Source: Felis catus (taxonomy: Eukaryota). Taken from it: a stretch of DNA of 64,000 nucleotides. Where the stretch lies: positions 202,618,001-202,682,000 of the forward strand of contig NC_058368.1 in NCBI RefSeq assembly GCF_018350175.1. Reading direction: 5' to 3'. The stretch's first letter is position 1. Each line of letters starts with the position of its first letter. The position numbers and the translations under genes are program-made. The notes below the pieces were generated by a model. That model worked only from the letters and a program-made list of their open reading frames with translations. It ran no database searches and was not told where the DNA came from. Of this stretch, positions 14,093 through 27,202 are shown piece by piece.

Positions 14093-14324
14093 GGGACATA
14101 GACATAGCCTGGGTGGCTCAGTCGGTTGAGTGTCTGACTTCGGCTCATGTCATGATCTCTCAGTTAGTGAGTTCAAGCCCCGCGTCGGTCTCTGTGCTGA
14201 CAGCTCAGAGCCTGGAGCCTGCTTCAGATTCTGTGTCTCCTTCTCTCTGCCCCTCCCCTGCTCATGCTCTGTCTCTCTCTCTCTCTCTCTCAAAAATGAA
14301 TGAACTTAAAAAAAAATTTTTTTA
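14093..14324 (+). mobile_element. Can-SINE (SINEC)
   Basis: Full body; 17-bp TSD AAGAATTATAG(A/G)CATTA at 14076-14092 and 14325-14341. Confidence 0.94.
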
Positions 14325-14416
14325 AAGAATTATAGGCATTAACTTACAAGATATAGTTTCTAAATCAAAACAGAAAATTTGTGGGTTTTTTTTTTCTGTT
14401 TCTCAGATAATTTTTC

Positions 14417-14651
14417 TTTTTTTTATTTTTAAAAAAAATTTTTTTCAACGTTTTTTATTTATTTTTGGGACAGAGAGAAACAGAGCATGAACGGGGGAGG
14501 GGCAGAGAGAGAGGGAGACACAGCATCGGAAACAGGCTCCAGGCTCCGAGCCATCAGCCCAGAGCCTGACGCGGGGCTCAAACTCCGGGACCGCGAGATC
14601 GTGACCTGGCTGAAGTCGGACGCTTAACTGACTGCGCCACCCAGGCGCCCC
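14417..14651 (-). mobile_element. Young Can-SINE (SINEC_Fc type)
   Basis: CpG-rich antisense body ending ccaggcgcccc; 14-bp TSD TCAGATAATTTTTC at 14403-14416 and 14653-14666. Confidence 0.95.
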
Positions 14652-15750
14652 ATCAGATAATTTTTCAATCCATGGTGTCCTCATTACTTCAAAAATAGAT
14701 GATTCTTTTGTTGAATTATAACAGTGTGAATCTGAATACCTCAAGGTGTTGTTTCTTTGTGTATTTATGCATATTTATTAATTTTATTGACTCAGTAGCT
14801 TTTTAACCCTTAGGAAAAAAAAGTTTATTCTAGAATGTAGGTCTGCTCTCAAGTGGGTTTTGTTATTCTAGAGTAGGTAAAATATAAGCAGAAATATTAG
14901 CAGTAGAGAGTGATATAATATATGAGCTGCTAAAGGAAGGATTAAGGTTCTAGTTTTATTTCTTGTAATAACTGGATGGATGAAAAGTTATAGATATCGA
15001 GCTATATGTAAGTTCACAATTCTAAAATTATGATAGAGATCATTGATTTGCCATAATTTTTGTACTTTCTGAAATAATCTTACCTGTCATATTGGATTTC
15101 ATGAAAATATAAATAAGAAAGATTCACAGGAAAGGGAAGTAACAATTTTAATTTTTTAAAAGTGAGACCCAATTGTATTTTATCCAAATTCAGACAAGCT
15201 TTTATCTCAGAGGCCACTACTCATATTCAATAAAAGGAGTACCTACATTCATATAGCTATAAAGTTAACTGCAGTTAAATCTCAATATTATTTTATATTT
15301 TGAAATTAATCTATTTTTGACACTGGTTTTCAGTCATTGTGGTTTTGTTTGGTATTATTTTTTTGGCCCGTTCACAAATCCTTTAATTTAATAGGGATGA
15401 GATTCAGGGAAGAGGGTTAAATTTGTTAACTTCTTTAAAACAGCATTGCCAAAATGTGCAGAAGGACAGTAAATGAAAATCAGGCCAACAAATGCTTTAT
15501 AAAACATGATCCATGCGTTTAATGTGTTTATGTTATCCCTGTACTTTGTGGAGAACCCACATCTGGTTGCAATTCTCAGAAAGCAGAGTGCCAGGCCTCA
15601 AGGTAAAGGTAAAGAAATGTAACCTCTGTTTCTCATTGTAAAGTTCTTTACATATTTTTATTAAATCAATACTTACACTACATAATGTCAGTGTCCACCA
15701 ACATTGATAGTATTCTTCACTTTAAAGAAAATTGATGATAAGAATTATAA

Positions 15751-16032
<282 letters not shown>

Positions 16033-16459
16033 TAAATGTTTGGAGAAAACTTAATTTGGCTTTCATGGATGTAAAATAAAATGTTCTATTGCTTTTTCTA
16101 CAACTAAATGTCACACGAAATGGTTCTGGGGATGTATATGTTACAGGATCTATTTTTAGGTATCTTAGTCTGTGTATATGGAAGACATTTTATTTCAAAG
16201 GTTCACGTACACTCTCACATACATATAATCGTGGTGCAATGTTCTTCTAAAACTACCTACTGCTTGGAATAACTCCTTTCTTTCAACTTGATTTTGGCAT
16301 TTACTGTGCTTGAGACATGCAATTCTAGGTGTTGTTAAAACATATAGAGATGTGTTCAACAGTATAGGCGCAATGAGATCTGTATGATGTGCATGATAGC
16401 TCAGATAGTACTTTTTGCTAGGGAAGACAGGGAAGACAGGGAATAAATAAAGTAAAGCC

Positions 16460-16530
16460 TTTATTTGTTTTTAATTTTTAATTTTTTTTATTTGAGTATA
16501 GACATGTTACATTAGTTTCAGGTGTATACT
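16460..16530 (-). mobile_element. Very short carnivore L1 3'-end fragment
   Basis: T-rich tail then gttacattagtttcaggtgtata, reverse complement of the tatacacctgaaactaat motif also seen at the L1 3' end near 54540. Confidence 0.6.
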
Positions 16531-17179
16531 TTACCCTGAAAGATATTTAAATATTTAAAAATCTGGTAAATAAAAATTTGATTTACACAGGTATATTCAC
16601 AGTCACATTTAATGCTAAGGACATGTGTTCTTTTAAAAAAAAACATGCATTTTGATCTACATTATACAGTACTTACAAAGGAATTGAAACACTAGTGAAT
16701 ATTTTTAATTTCTGTATTCACAAAGATTTGTTCTCCTTTGATGTAAGTTCTCATATTGTCTTCATATGTCGCATTTTAATTACATTAATTTAATAAAATA
16801 TTGTTTAAGTTACCTATACTTTGGACTAGACTTCTCTTATATGTGACATTTTATGGAAGATAAATTTTATGAGACTTTAACAAAACCTTAACTTTGGCAT
16901 AAATCAAATACCCCCTTTTTTTCTTGAAGTGTTCCATATTAATTTCTGGGTTTATTATTGTAGAAATGACATAGACATCTTAAGAACATACATTTTTTTT
17001 TCTTCTAACAACAATAGCTCAGGGTTCATATTTGAAGAAAAGAGTGGTTTACATCACATGTTAAGAAGTCTAGTCTTCTTTTCTTTCTCTCTTCGTGACT
17101 ACCTATTTTCCTCCCTCCTTCCTACCCCTCCTCTCCCTGCCTTCTGTATTCTTTTATCTCCTTTGTTTGAGACTTGATA

Positions 17180-17282
17180 ATCACCTGGATCTCTCCTTCA
17201 TTTCGTTTGTACCTACTTAAATGTCACTGCCTCACAGAAGCCACTGTGTGACCACTCTGTCTACTATATAGATAATATTTTA

Positions 17283-17319
<37 letters not shown>

Positions 17320-17361
17320 AACCAACTGGTTTATATTTTATCTTAAAAATATTTAGTAACA

Positions 17362-17397
<36 letters not shown>

Positions 17398-17515
17398 TAG
17401 TCTGTGATTTATATTTGTCTGTGTCTCTACACAGAATGTCAATTCCATTAGGTCAAAGAATTTGTCTGTTTTGTTCTGTACTTAGTGCCTAGAACAGTGC
17501 CTGATAGAGTAGTTT
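17180..17515 (+). mobile_element. L2 LINE 3' fragment with internal (TA)n and (CT)n(CA)n microsatellites
   Basis: ttaaatgtcactgcctcacagaagcc..., tttgtctgttttgttc...agtgcctagaacagtgcctga are L2 3' motifs. Confidence 0.7.
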
Positions 17516-18565
17516 ATTGTAATCTAGCCTCATTATTGAAAGTTCGTTGGAGAAATACTTGTTCTATTTTTGTTTCTGCACCTAAACATTAAAGCAAGCA
17601 TTTGATCCAGTCACTTTTCAAAACTATGAAACCTTCTTAGTTATAGGTCTGTCTGTTACTTATCACTGAAGGAAAACTTATGAAGACATTATTAAGATAT
17701 TGGGGGATGGGGAGAAAAAAAGCAGCAGCTCTTATATTCTGGCTACTAACAGAGTGTATAGTATAAAAACACTACTGCTACTACCAAAGGATGATTCTTC
17801 ACCGGCAGCAACTAATATTTAAGTTAGCAAGTAATTATTGTTTAAATTTCTCTTAGGTATCTTTCAGGAAAAATCACAATGGTCTTCATTAAAATAGTAA
17901 AAGGGTTATTTGGGGGTGTCCATAAAGGGCATATACTTGTGAAATTGCAATATAGAGCAATATGCTACTTAATATATCCAGTGCTAAGCAAACTTAATGA
18001 AGAAAAGTTTTAGTATCTTGATCATTTTTAAATGTGTCTGCATGTGCTCTTTGTGAGTTTGTGTGTTTGTATTTAACATAGTCAAACTTTTATTATTATA
18101 TCTTAATGTCATACAAAATACCTTTACAGAGTTTACAGGTTTTTTTCTTGAGTCTTTTTTGCGGGGCAAATTTACTTATGAAATCAGCTCTTTCTTTCAC
18201 ATTTATTTGACAATATTTTCATGTTTAATTTTAATGTCAAGGGTAGGAAACAGTTAAGTCTATGTTCAACCCTAGAGACCAGATATATTTTGTGACTATT
18301 AGTGATATGAAGGTGATGACCATTAAAAAGACAATTTTCGTATCTATGGGGAATCCCCATGGTGTCACTTGACCTTGAAGATATCATTTTTTCTATCCTA
18401 AAACTATCAAATTCTGGAAAGTCTTCCATCGCAACAAAACAAAGTGTATTTATACAATAAGGGAGTCATAAAGAAGTAAAAATACAACATAAGATAAAAG
18501 CACCTGACATGTATATATCTTGCTTACTGTATACAAACCCCTGTGCTTTGAAATACACTTGTAAT

Positions 18566-18781
18566 GGGGCGCCTGGGTGGCTCAGTCAGTTAAGTGTCTG
18601 ACTTCGGCTCAGGTCATGACCTCGCAGTCCATGGGTTCGAGTCCCATGTCGGTCTCTGTGGTGACAGCTCAGCTCCTAGAGCCTGCTTCTGATTCTGTGT
18701 CTCCCTCTTTCTCTGGCCCTCCCCACTCACACTCTGTCTGTTTCTCTCTCAAAAATAAACATTAAAAAAATTTAAGAAAAT
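18566..18781 (+). mobile_element. Can-SINE (SINEC)
   Basis: ggggcgcctgggtggctcagtcagttaag head; degenerate TSD aaatacacttgtaat / agatacactcgtatt. Confidence 0.93.
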
Positions 18782-18796
18782 AGATACACTCGTATT

Positions 18797-18980
18797 TCGT
18801 CCTCATAGCAACAGAATGAGTTGAGCACTGTTATCTCCCATTTGACAGTCCAGAAACCTGACATTTTTAGAGGTTAGTAGCTAAAGTTTAGCTAAACTTT
18901 AGCTAAAGCTAAAGGTTAGTAGATCAATGGAACCAAGGTTAGAATGCCTATCAGATTCTGTAATTTCTGTTCTAAAACAC
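18797..18980 (-). mobile_element. MIR remnant
   Basis: tcctcatagcaac...ctgttatctcccatttgacag...agaaacctga...agaggttagt resembles the antisense MIR core. Confidence 0.6.
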
Positions 18981-19364
18981 ATTAGAGTATCTTGTCGCAT
19001 AGATTGTAAAAAGATAGTTAAAGAAAGTAATGGCAAGAAATGAAACCTGTAGTCACCCCAGTTGCAGTAGAAAGTCACTCGAAAGTCAGCTTTTGAGCTC
19101 TGACACTAAATAAGACCCTTATGGGATATAGATGTAGGACAAGCAAAATCAGATTGGGAAGGCAAAAAGTGAGAAGCCAGGATAGATGCAGACATGATTA
19201 TTAGTCATTCTTGGCAATTACACTATGACAATTATACTATGACAGTTGACATTGATACTAAATAATTTATGGTAAAGATTAGAGTGTTGGACAGATTCTT
19301 TACACCCTCCTTCTTTTTCATATATTGCATTCCTAAATGATTTATATTCTTAAATATTATTTTA

Positions 19365-19593
19365 TTTATTATTTTTTTTAATTTTTTTTCAACGTTTATT
19401 TATTTTTGGGACAGAGAGAGACAGAGCATGAACGGGGGAGGGGCAGAGAGAGACGGAGACACAGAATCGGAAACAGGCTCCAGGCTCTGAGCAGTCAGCA
19501 CAGAGCCCGAAGCGGGGCTCGAACTCACATACTGCGAGATCGTGACCTGAGGCGAAGTCGGACGCTTAACCGACTAAGCCACCCAGGCGCCCC
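19365..19593 (-). mobile_element. Young Can-SINE (SINEC_Fc type)
   Basis: CpG-rich antisense body; perfect 16-bp TSD CTTAAATATTATTTTA at 19349-19364 and 19594-19609. Confidence 0.95.
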
Positions 19594-20592
19594 CTTAAAT
19601 ATTATTTTAAATCCTCCTTAACCATATTTTCATGTATATGTATATACTTGTCTCTTTATATGTATTTTCAATCTTTCTTAAACACATTTGTATTTATATC
19701 TTTATTCTTATCTGTATATCACCAGCTAGTTACCCATATATGTCCTATAATGAGAAATTCAGAATAATGCAATAACTACTGTATCGATAACTGGTAATTT
19801 GTTCTTTATATTTATATTCTTATGTTAACTGTTTCTAATCTGCAGTTAAGTCTGTAGATGTAGTTCCAGTTCCTGTCAGCTAACTCCTTTGCAGTCTTTA
19901 AAAATTCCTCACTGAAAGAATTCTTTAAAAGTATTTTTTAAAAGCTCAAACACCAACCACAGAGGGCTACTTGAATTCATGAGGTGGGAGATATTGACTT
20001 GCAAAATCCAACTTAACCAGGGATTTATCTTGCTCTGCATTTATTTTTAATATATCCTTTCATATAGAATATTTCATTCAAGAAATATTTGAGTTATAGA
20101 ATTCTGCCTAAATGAATATCTTGAATTGGTCAGATAATTAATATCTAATAAAATTAATTTTGAAAATCTTGTCATTCTCATATTTTGTGATTATGTTTTT
20201 AGATATATCACACTAAAATTATAATAGCTCATTATTAAACTGATTAGAGATAATAGTTTTTGGTTTGTATTATAAAATCATGAAATATTCATTTTAAAAA
20301 CCTAAGAAAATAAAAACTATGATGCATTTTGAATTTACATATTAATTTTGACATAATTTATGGAGTGACTTTACAGAATAAAGAAGGATTTGCAGCTAAA
20401 TAATATGTTCCTGTAGCTGTGTTTCTCTAACTGAAGTCTGCAGGTTTATTCTCAGGGAGTCCATGGGTTTTCTCCCAGTAATTTGTGAATGTATGCATAT
20501 ATATTGGTGGTAGTGTGAAAGGTTACAAGGTAAACCTTTTATGAATCTACAGTCATCTGAATGCCCTAAATATGGAATCTGGTTTTCCTTTT

Positions 20593-21610
20593 TTTTTTAA
20601 CCTTATTTTTTTATTTTTTAAAATTTACATCCAAATTAGTTAGCATATAGTGCAACAATGATTTCAGGAGTAGATTCCTTAATGCCCCTTACCCTTTTAG
20701 CCCATACCCCCTCCCACAACCCTTCCAGCAGCCCTCAGTTTGTTCTCCATATTTATGAGTCTCTTCTATTTTGTCCCTCTCCCTGTTTTTATATTCTTTT
20801 TGTTTCCCTTCCCTTATGTTCATCTGTTTTGTCCCTTAAAGTCCTCATATGAGTGAAGTCATATGATTTTTGTCTTTCTCTGACTGACTAATTTCACAGC
20901 ATAATACCCTCCAGTTCCATCCACGTAGTTGCAAATGGCAAGATTTCATTCTTTTTGATTGCCGAGTAATACTCCATTGTATATATATACCACATCTTCT
21001 TTATCCATTCATCAGTCGATGGCCATTTGTGCTCTTTCCATACTTCGGCTATTGTTGATAGTGCTGCTATAAACATGGGAGTGCATTTGTCCCTTCGAAA
21101 CAGCACACCTGTATCCCATGGATAAATGCGTAGTAGTGCAATTGCTGGGTCGTAGCATAGTTCTATTTTTAGTTCTTTGAGGAACCTCCATACTGTTTTT
21201 AGAGTGGCTGCACCAGCTTGCATTGCCACCAACAACGCAAAAGAGATCCTCTTTCTCCACATCCTCACCAACATCTGTTGTTGCCTGAGTTGTTAATGTT
21301 AGCCATTCTGACAGATGTAAGCTGGTATCTCATTGTAGTTTTGATCTGTATTTCCCTGATGATGAGTGATGTTGAGCATTTTTTCATGTGTCGGTTGGCC
21401 ATCTGGATGTCTTCCTTGGAGAAGTGTCTGTTCATGTTTTTTACCCATTTCTTCACTGGATTATTTGTTTTTTGGGTGTTGAGTTTGATAAGTTCTTTGT
21501 AGATTTTGGATACTAACCTTTTATCTGATATGTCATTTGCAAATATCTTCTCCCATTCTGTCAGGTGCCTTTTAGTTTTGCGAAACTAACCTAAAAGGCA
21601 ACCGACAGAA
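20593..21610 (-). mobile_element. 5'-truncated felid L1 with fold-back 5' junction
   Basis: ORF2p C-terminal peptides ([53 protein letters not shown]) in shifted frames; TSD TGGTTTT(C/G)CTTTT at 20580-20592 and 21611-21623. Confidence 0.93.
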
Positions 21611-23054
21611 TGGTTTTGCTTTTCTAGTTGAAGTACGTTGCGCCATATAAAATAATTCTGGCTTATGGGCTTAATGATTAATGATCCATTTCTATCAAAT
21701 GAAGGGTAAATGACATCATATTAAATGTTGTACCGAATTTTCACCATAGTCAAAATGGAGAGATGGACTTGAAAACTAAGTCACTCCTTACATAGCACAC
21801 AATTGTATTGTAGTGTGTGAAACTAATCTGCAAAACTAGTGCCATAATAGCACTAAATTTACATTGTATGCAACTGTTGGCTTTCAGCAAAACATTATCC
21901 ATCACAGTGAATTTATTTTAGATATGCTTATTGATTTATTATTTTGTTAGTATTTGATTTGTAAATTTATGTTTTTTAACCTTACAAGAATTATAAGGAT
22001 AAGAAACATATCTAGTTTTCTTGTTATATTTGTTTAATATCATAATCAAAATAATTTAAGCCAACTCATTTATTATATTGTTTATTATATTTTTCATTTA
22101 TTTATTCTATGTTTTATTATGTATATATTATATGATGGTTTATTATAATGTTTATTATGATGTTTCATTTTGTTGTGATTTGAAGGAACATGTGCATTCC
22201 TCATCTTGAGGGATGCTATTCTAGAGGGCAGACAGTATGTCTTCATCAGTATCTGCATGCCCCACAATTCCTATGCCAACCTTGCATATGTTGCTAAGTA
22301 AATATTAGTGGTATATGCTAAAAAGGTAATTATCTAGCATATGTGAAAATTATATGTAAAGAAGTTATTATGTTATGCATTTATATGTTCTTCCTTGGAT
22401 AGTTTTTGCTTTAGTAATTTGTACATCAAACTATTTCTTCAGAGATAAGTAATCACTTGGCAACTCACGGACAATATAAAAATACCCAAAATTTATGAAG
22501 TTTATATAACTTATATAACCACACTAAGAATATCAGAAAATAAGATATATAAAATGTCTCAAATTGTCTATCTAATAATATCTGTTTGGAGAAAATAAGA
22601 GATTTGATTGGAAAATCTAGATTACTACAGAATTTCATTTTTATTTGAGACAATGTATCTCAAATTATTAGTGTATTACTAATAACCAAATGGTCACACA
22701 CTCCACATTCTCTCTCTTCCTCTGATGGGGTCCTCTGCTGGTTATGGTCAGTAGGCTCTGAGTGCTAGTATCATATTCCATTCATAGGTCTAAGCATTGA
22801 AAAGCTGGTTTGCAACCCTCCAGTTCTTTTTTTTTCTCCCCTCTCTCTCCAGAGGCATCCTTTTAGTTTGCAGTCCACAACATAACATAGCTTATCCTGA
22901 TTCATTTAGACAACAGAATAGGAAGGGAAAAATCTGGCGGAATTGAATTTAGAGACACACATTCCGGAATCTCCTCTAACATTAAAACTTCTAAGATTTT
23001 AGGCAAATCACACAACGTTCCTGTAGTTCAACTGTGAAATGAGTATGTATTATT

Positions 23055-23172
23055 TATTCTTTCATTTAGGTAATTTATTGAGTACTTGCTTTAGGCCAGG
23101 CATTCTCTTTGACACTGAACATACATACACTAGAGAATGAGGATGTTACTGCCCTCATAGGGCTTACACTCA
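23055..23172 (-). mobile_element. L2 3'-terminal remnant
   Basis: ttcattt...atttattgagtacttgctttaggccaggcatt...tgccctcatagggcttacactc. Confidence 0.6.
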
Positions 23173-24769
23173 AACAAGCTTTCATTCACTCCACTTCATT
23201 CTAGGTGCAGAAAACTATAGAGTAGAGATTTAAATTTTTAATTTTCTAATCTAAGGGAATAGAAAATTATGTGGAAAAGCCCTTAATATGCATTTGAATT
23301 GAGACCTCTGAAATGTACGCACTGCCCAAACACTCCTAAACAAGGGGAAAGTGCTAGCTAAATGCTGCCCTCTTCCTTGCCAAGCTACATACACCTGAAA
23401 GTGTAGCCATTCTTACAAACCACTTTTTTTGTTTCCCTAATTTAGCCACCCAGAAAGCACTACTTTTTTCTAAATCACACAAGGGTGTGGTAGTGGCAGC
23501 TTTGTGTGAACTTAGATAAAGTCTATGAGGAGCATAAAAAAAGATGGGGAGAAACAAAATAGAGACACATTTATTTCAACTACTATCAGCTGGATTTGTA
23601 TCCAGAATCTTCAACAGACTGGGGACTGAGACAGGTCAGTCACTTCTAGCTCACAGACTGTAATGACCAAAATTAATGTGTTTTGGGGGTGCTTGGGTAC
23701 AAAGAATTGTTTATTGGTATCCCTGTTTCAAGCAAATGATTTGGGGAAAAAACGGGATTTACATTGCTTATATGCAAATCCCCATATACAAGTAGAACAT
23801 TGGAACATTGAAATGTGAGATATTATCTATTGATAGTCTAGAAAATGTATAAAGACAAAATTAAAATAGGTTAACTTTTTGTTTTACAAAGCCCAATTAA
23901 CTAGTTAAGTAATGATTCAAACAATATAACCAAGATAATATAACTAAGAATGAAAGATATATCTCTCCTCTCTTGAAGTCTAGCAAAGTGTTTTTGATTT
24001 GAAATTCTATAAATTGGAAATTGTATTATTATATTGTTGACTTTTTAAAAATAGAATGTATTGCCTTAACAGAATTTTTTAAAAGTCCTAACAAACGTAA
24101 CTAATTTGCTGACAAATCACTATTTAGCTTTACTGGGAAAAAATGCATTCATAGCTCCTATGAGTTATAATAATAAAGTAGGTCAGCAGCCTGCTGAGTG
24201 TTGTGATTCTACTTTGCCATCCTGGTTTCTGCCTATTAGGAAAGCCAGCCTGGTGACTGTTCTCTATTGGATAGAAACACGACCTCGTCGCAAAAGTGAA
24301 ACAGTTCACATACTGCGTTCTTCCTTCTCAGACATGTATATTTTTATGGGAATGAACATATGGAAATGAATTCTGATCTGGTATTTTGTTTTCAAATCAC
24401 ATGTGCATTTCAGAAAAACTTTAAAATGAATTGTAGTTCCCTAAGAGAGAAAGATAAAGGATATTACTTAAACTATATATTTTCTCAGACTATGTTAAAT
24501 TTCTCTAGCAATAATAAGACCAATCCATAAATTCGAAACTTTTTTCCCCCCTTGTTTGGACTGCCTCTTAAGTTTTAAGCAATGAATAGTTAGAAGAGGC
24601 ACCATATATTAAATTACGTTATCTAACAAGAGACACCTATTAACATTGGGAAAAGAAACCAAATATCTCGCAGTCCAATATTTTCTCTAAATACATATGT
24701 TAGGAAAACTTACATGAAGGTAGTACAAAGTACATGTATCATATTATCTATTCTGAATGACATGAAAAC

Positions 24770-24870
24770 ATGTTCATTCCCATTTTACAGATGAAAAATC
24801 TAACTCAGCGAATGGTTACCTGGTTTAAATAAAGTCAGAGGCAGGCAATATGAAATCTGTATTTCCCTTT
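24770..24870 (-). mobile_element. MIR core remnant
   Basis: cccattttacagatgaaaaatctaactcag MIR core motif. Confidence 0.6.
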
Positions 24871-26326
24871 GAATTAATGCCAACCCTACCATAGCATTCT
24901 ACTTCACGGACAAAGAGTTTAGTTTCAGTCATAATCAACTTTCAATTCATGTTGACAGAGAGCAACTATACATTAGTGGTACCACTAGAAGAACTTGCAA
25001 TATATAAGAAAATATTTGAAAAACTCATTGTGGTTTTTTTATGTGTATGTTGGTTAAGGTTTCTCCTTTTGCTACTGCCATAAATCCAAAAGGACCTGGT
25101 AAAGAAATTCTATCTTCCCACTTATTCTGAATTTCTTACTTAGATTTCACATGAGAAATATTGTTTTAAATTGATGGAGGCTGGAATAAAATGGTAACAT
25201 TGTTTTCAACCTGGGAATCAAGAGAATAGCAGATGAGTTATTTCTGTCGTATTAGTTCATGTACAGATATATGGATATCAGGTAATTCATATGAATGCCC
25301 CCTCTTTCTAAAAAGACCGATGTTTTATCTCTCTCTTTTAAAGAAAAGAGAGACTTGCAGAGACCTGAATTATATAGATTAAGTCACCTATATTCATATA
25401 ATTTTCAGGACAAGATATATAGTTACTTCCCAGAGTGGAGGGCTCTCTACAATTTTCTTTCTTTCTTTTTTTTTTTTTGTATGCTATTTCATCTTTTCTT
25501 TTCTCCGCCCACTACCACTGACCTAAATATGCTATCCCAGAATGTGATGCAGAATCAGAGGTGACATGAAGAAACCATGTGATAAGTGAGGGATGTAAGA
25601 AAAGAATAGCAAGAACATTTTCTAAATCTTAGCATGAACATTTTCACAGTCCCATTATATACCCCATCATTTTCGAGAAGTATTTTGTTGTTTTTAAAGA
25701 TGTAATATATTCTGGGAATGAGTAATTCTATGAAAAAAATTGAATTTGGCTCATGAATCTTTAGTTTATTTCAGTTATTTTACATATATCCTTACAACAT
25801 TCCAACGAGCGTAGGCAATTTGTCAGATAAAATCTTAAAAATATGTGCTAGAATCATTGGCTGGACTTCTCTATGCTTTGAGGATATAGCAGTGGGCCCA
25901 ATGTGACCAACATTTAAATACTCTTCTGGTATTACCAGCCAGGTGCCTCAGAAACAGGGCTCCATGTAAGCAAGGGTTAATTAACACGTGGCTCTGTTGT
26001 ACAAGATGCTCTCTCATGCTCCATGCATAGAGTTATGAGTGAGTCCATCTATGGACCGTAAACATTTCTTCTAATTGTATAAATATTTCTTCTAAGCTTG
26101 ATAATGTATAAGCTTGATAATGATGAAAAATTAGGAAACTGTGTAACTTGACATCATCTTTTTGTAATTCATAAAAAGATATATAACAATGAGCCATAAT
26201 ACATTTTCTATATTCCATTAGCATTTTCTAGAGCATATTAAATTCAACAAAATTTTTCTCTAAATATATTCTAAAGATAGGAATACATATTAATTAAAAT
26301 GTCTACTTATAATGAACACCAAAGTG

Positions 26327-26353
26327 TATATATATATATATATATATATATAA

Positions 26354-26408
<55 letters not shown>
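26327..26408. repeat. (TA)n(CA)n compound microsatellite
   Basis: TA run (one interruption) followed by pure CA run. Confidence 0.95.
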
Positions 26409-26414
<6 letters not shown>

Positions 26415-26780
26415 CTGTTAGCCTTTGCTATTGTGATCAATGTAATAATCTAAGAGCCTGCAAGTTAGGAAAGGACTTTCAGTAGAAAAATCTTTTATTT
26501 CAATTGTATTAGAATGAAAACATAATTCAGTTAGACCATTTCAATTTGCCACCAACTATGTTTTAGTCCTTTAGATAATTCTTTAAAAACTATTGCATTT
26601 GTTCTAATGTCAGCTATTGATTGATATTTTTAAAAATTTACTTAGTTAAATAAAATTATAAGATGGTTGGGAAAAATACCATCTTTAAGTGGTACCCATT
26701 ACTAGTCCCCCATTGCTCCCAAACTAAAATTAAAGCATTATTGCTCCATTAAATGATGGTTACATTCTTCTTCTTTTTTT

Positions 26781-26979
26781 AATGTTTATTTATTATTGAG
26801 AGAGACAGACAGATAGCTCAAGTGGGGGAGGGGCAGAGAGGGAGACACAGAATCCAAAGCAGACTCCAAGCTCCAGGCTCCATGTTGTCAGCACAAAGCC
26901 CGACATGGGGCTTGAATTCACAAACTGTGAGATCATGACCTAAGCTGATGCTCAACCGACTGAGCCACCGAAGCACCCC
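26781..26979 (-). mobile_element. Can-SINE inserted in the tail of the adjacent SINE
   Basis: Antisense body; TSD TCTTCTTCTTTTTTT at 26766-26780 and 26980-26994. Confidence 0.9.
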
Positions 26980-26994
26980 TCTTCTTCTTTTTTT

Positions 26995-27202
26995 TTAATT
27001 TGAGAGAGAAAGAGTGCACACATGCACGTGAGCAATAGATGAGCAGAGAAAGAGAGAGAGAGAGAATCTTAAGCAGGGTCCAAGCTCAGTATGGAGCCCA
27101 ATGCCTGGCTTGATGCAGGGCTCTATCCCATGGCCCTGAGATCATGACCAGAGTGGAAATCAACATTTGGACACTTAACCAACTGACCCACCCAGGCATC
27201 CC
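26995..27202 (-). mobile_element. Older Can-SINE
   Basis: Diverged antisense body; outer TSD ATGATGG(T/C)TACA(T/C)TC at 26753-26767 and 27205-27219 encloses both SINEs. Confidence 0.88.

Noticed and set aside
14307..14326. A-run/T-run palindromes in SINE tails (also near 14430 and 36110)
   Set aside because: Recurring tail pattern of these SINEs; low complexity.
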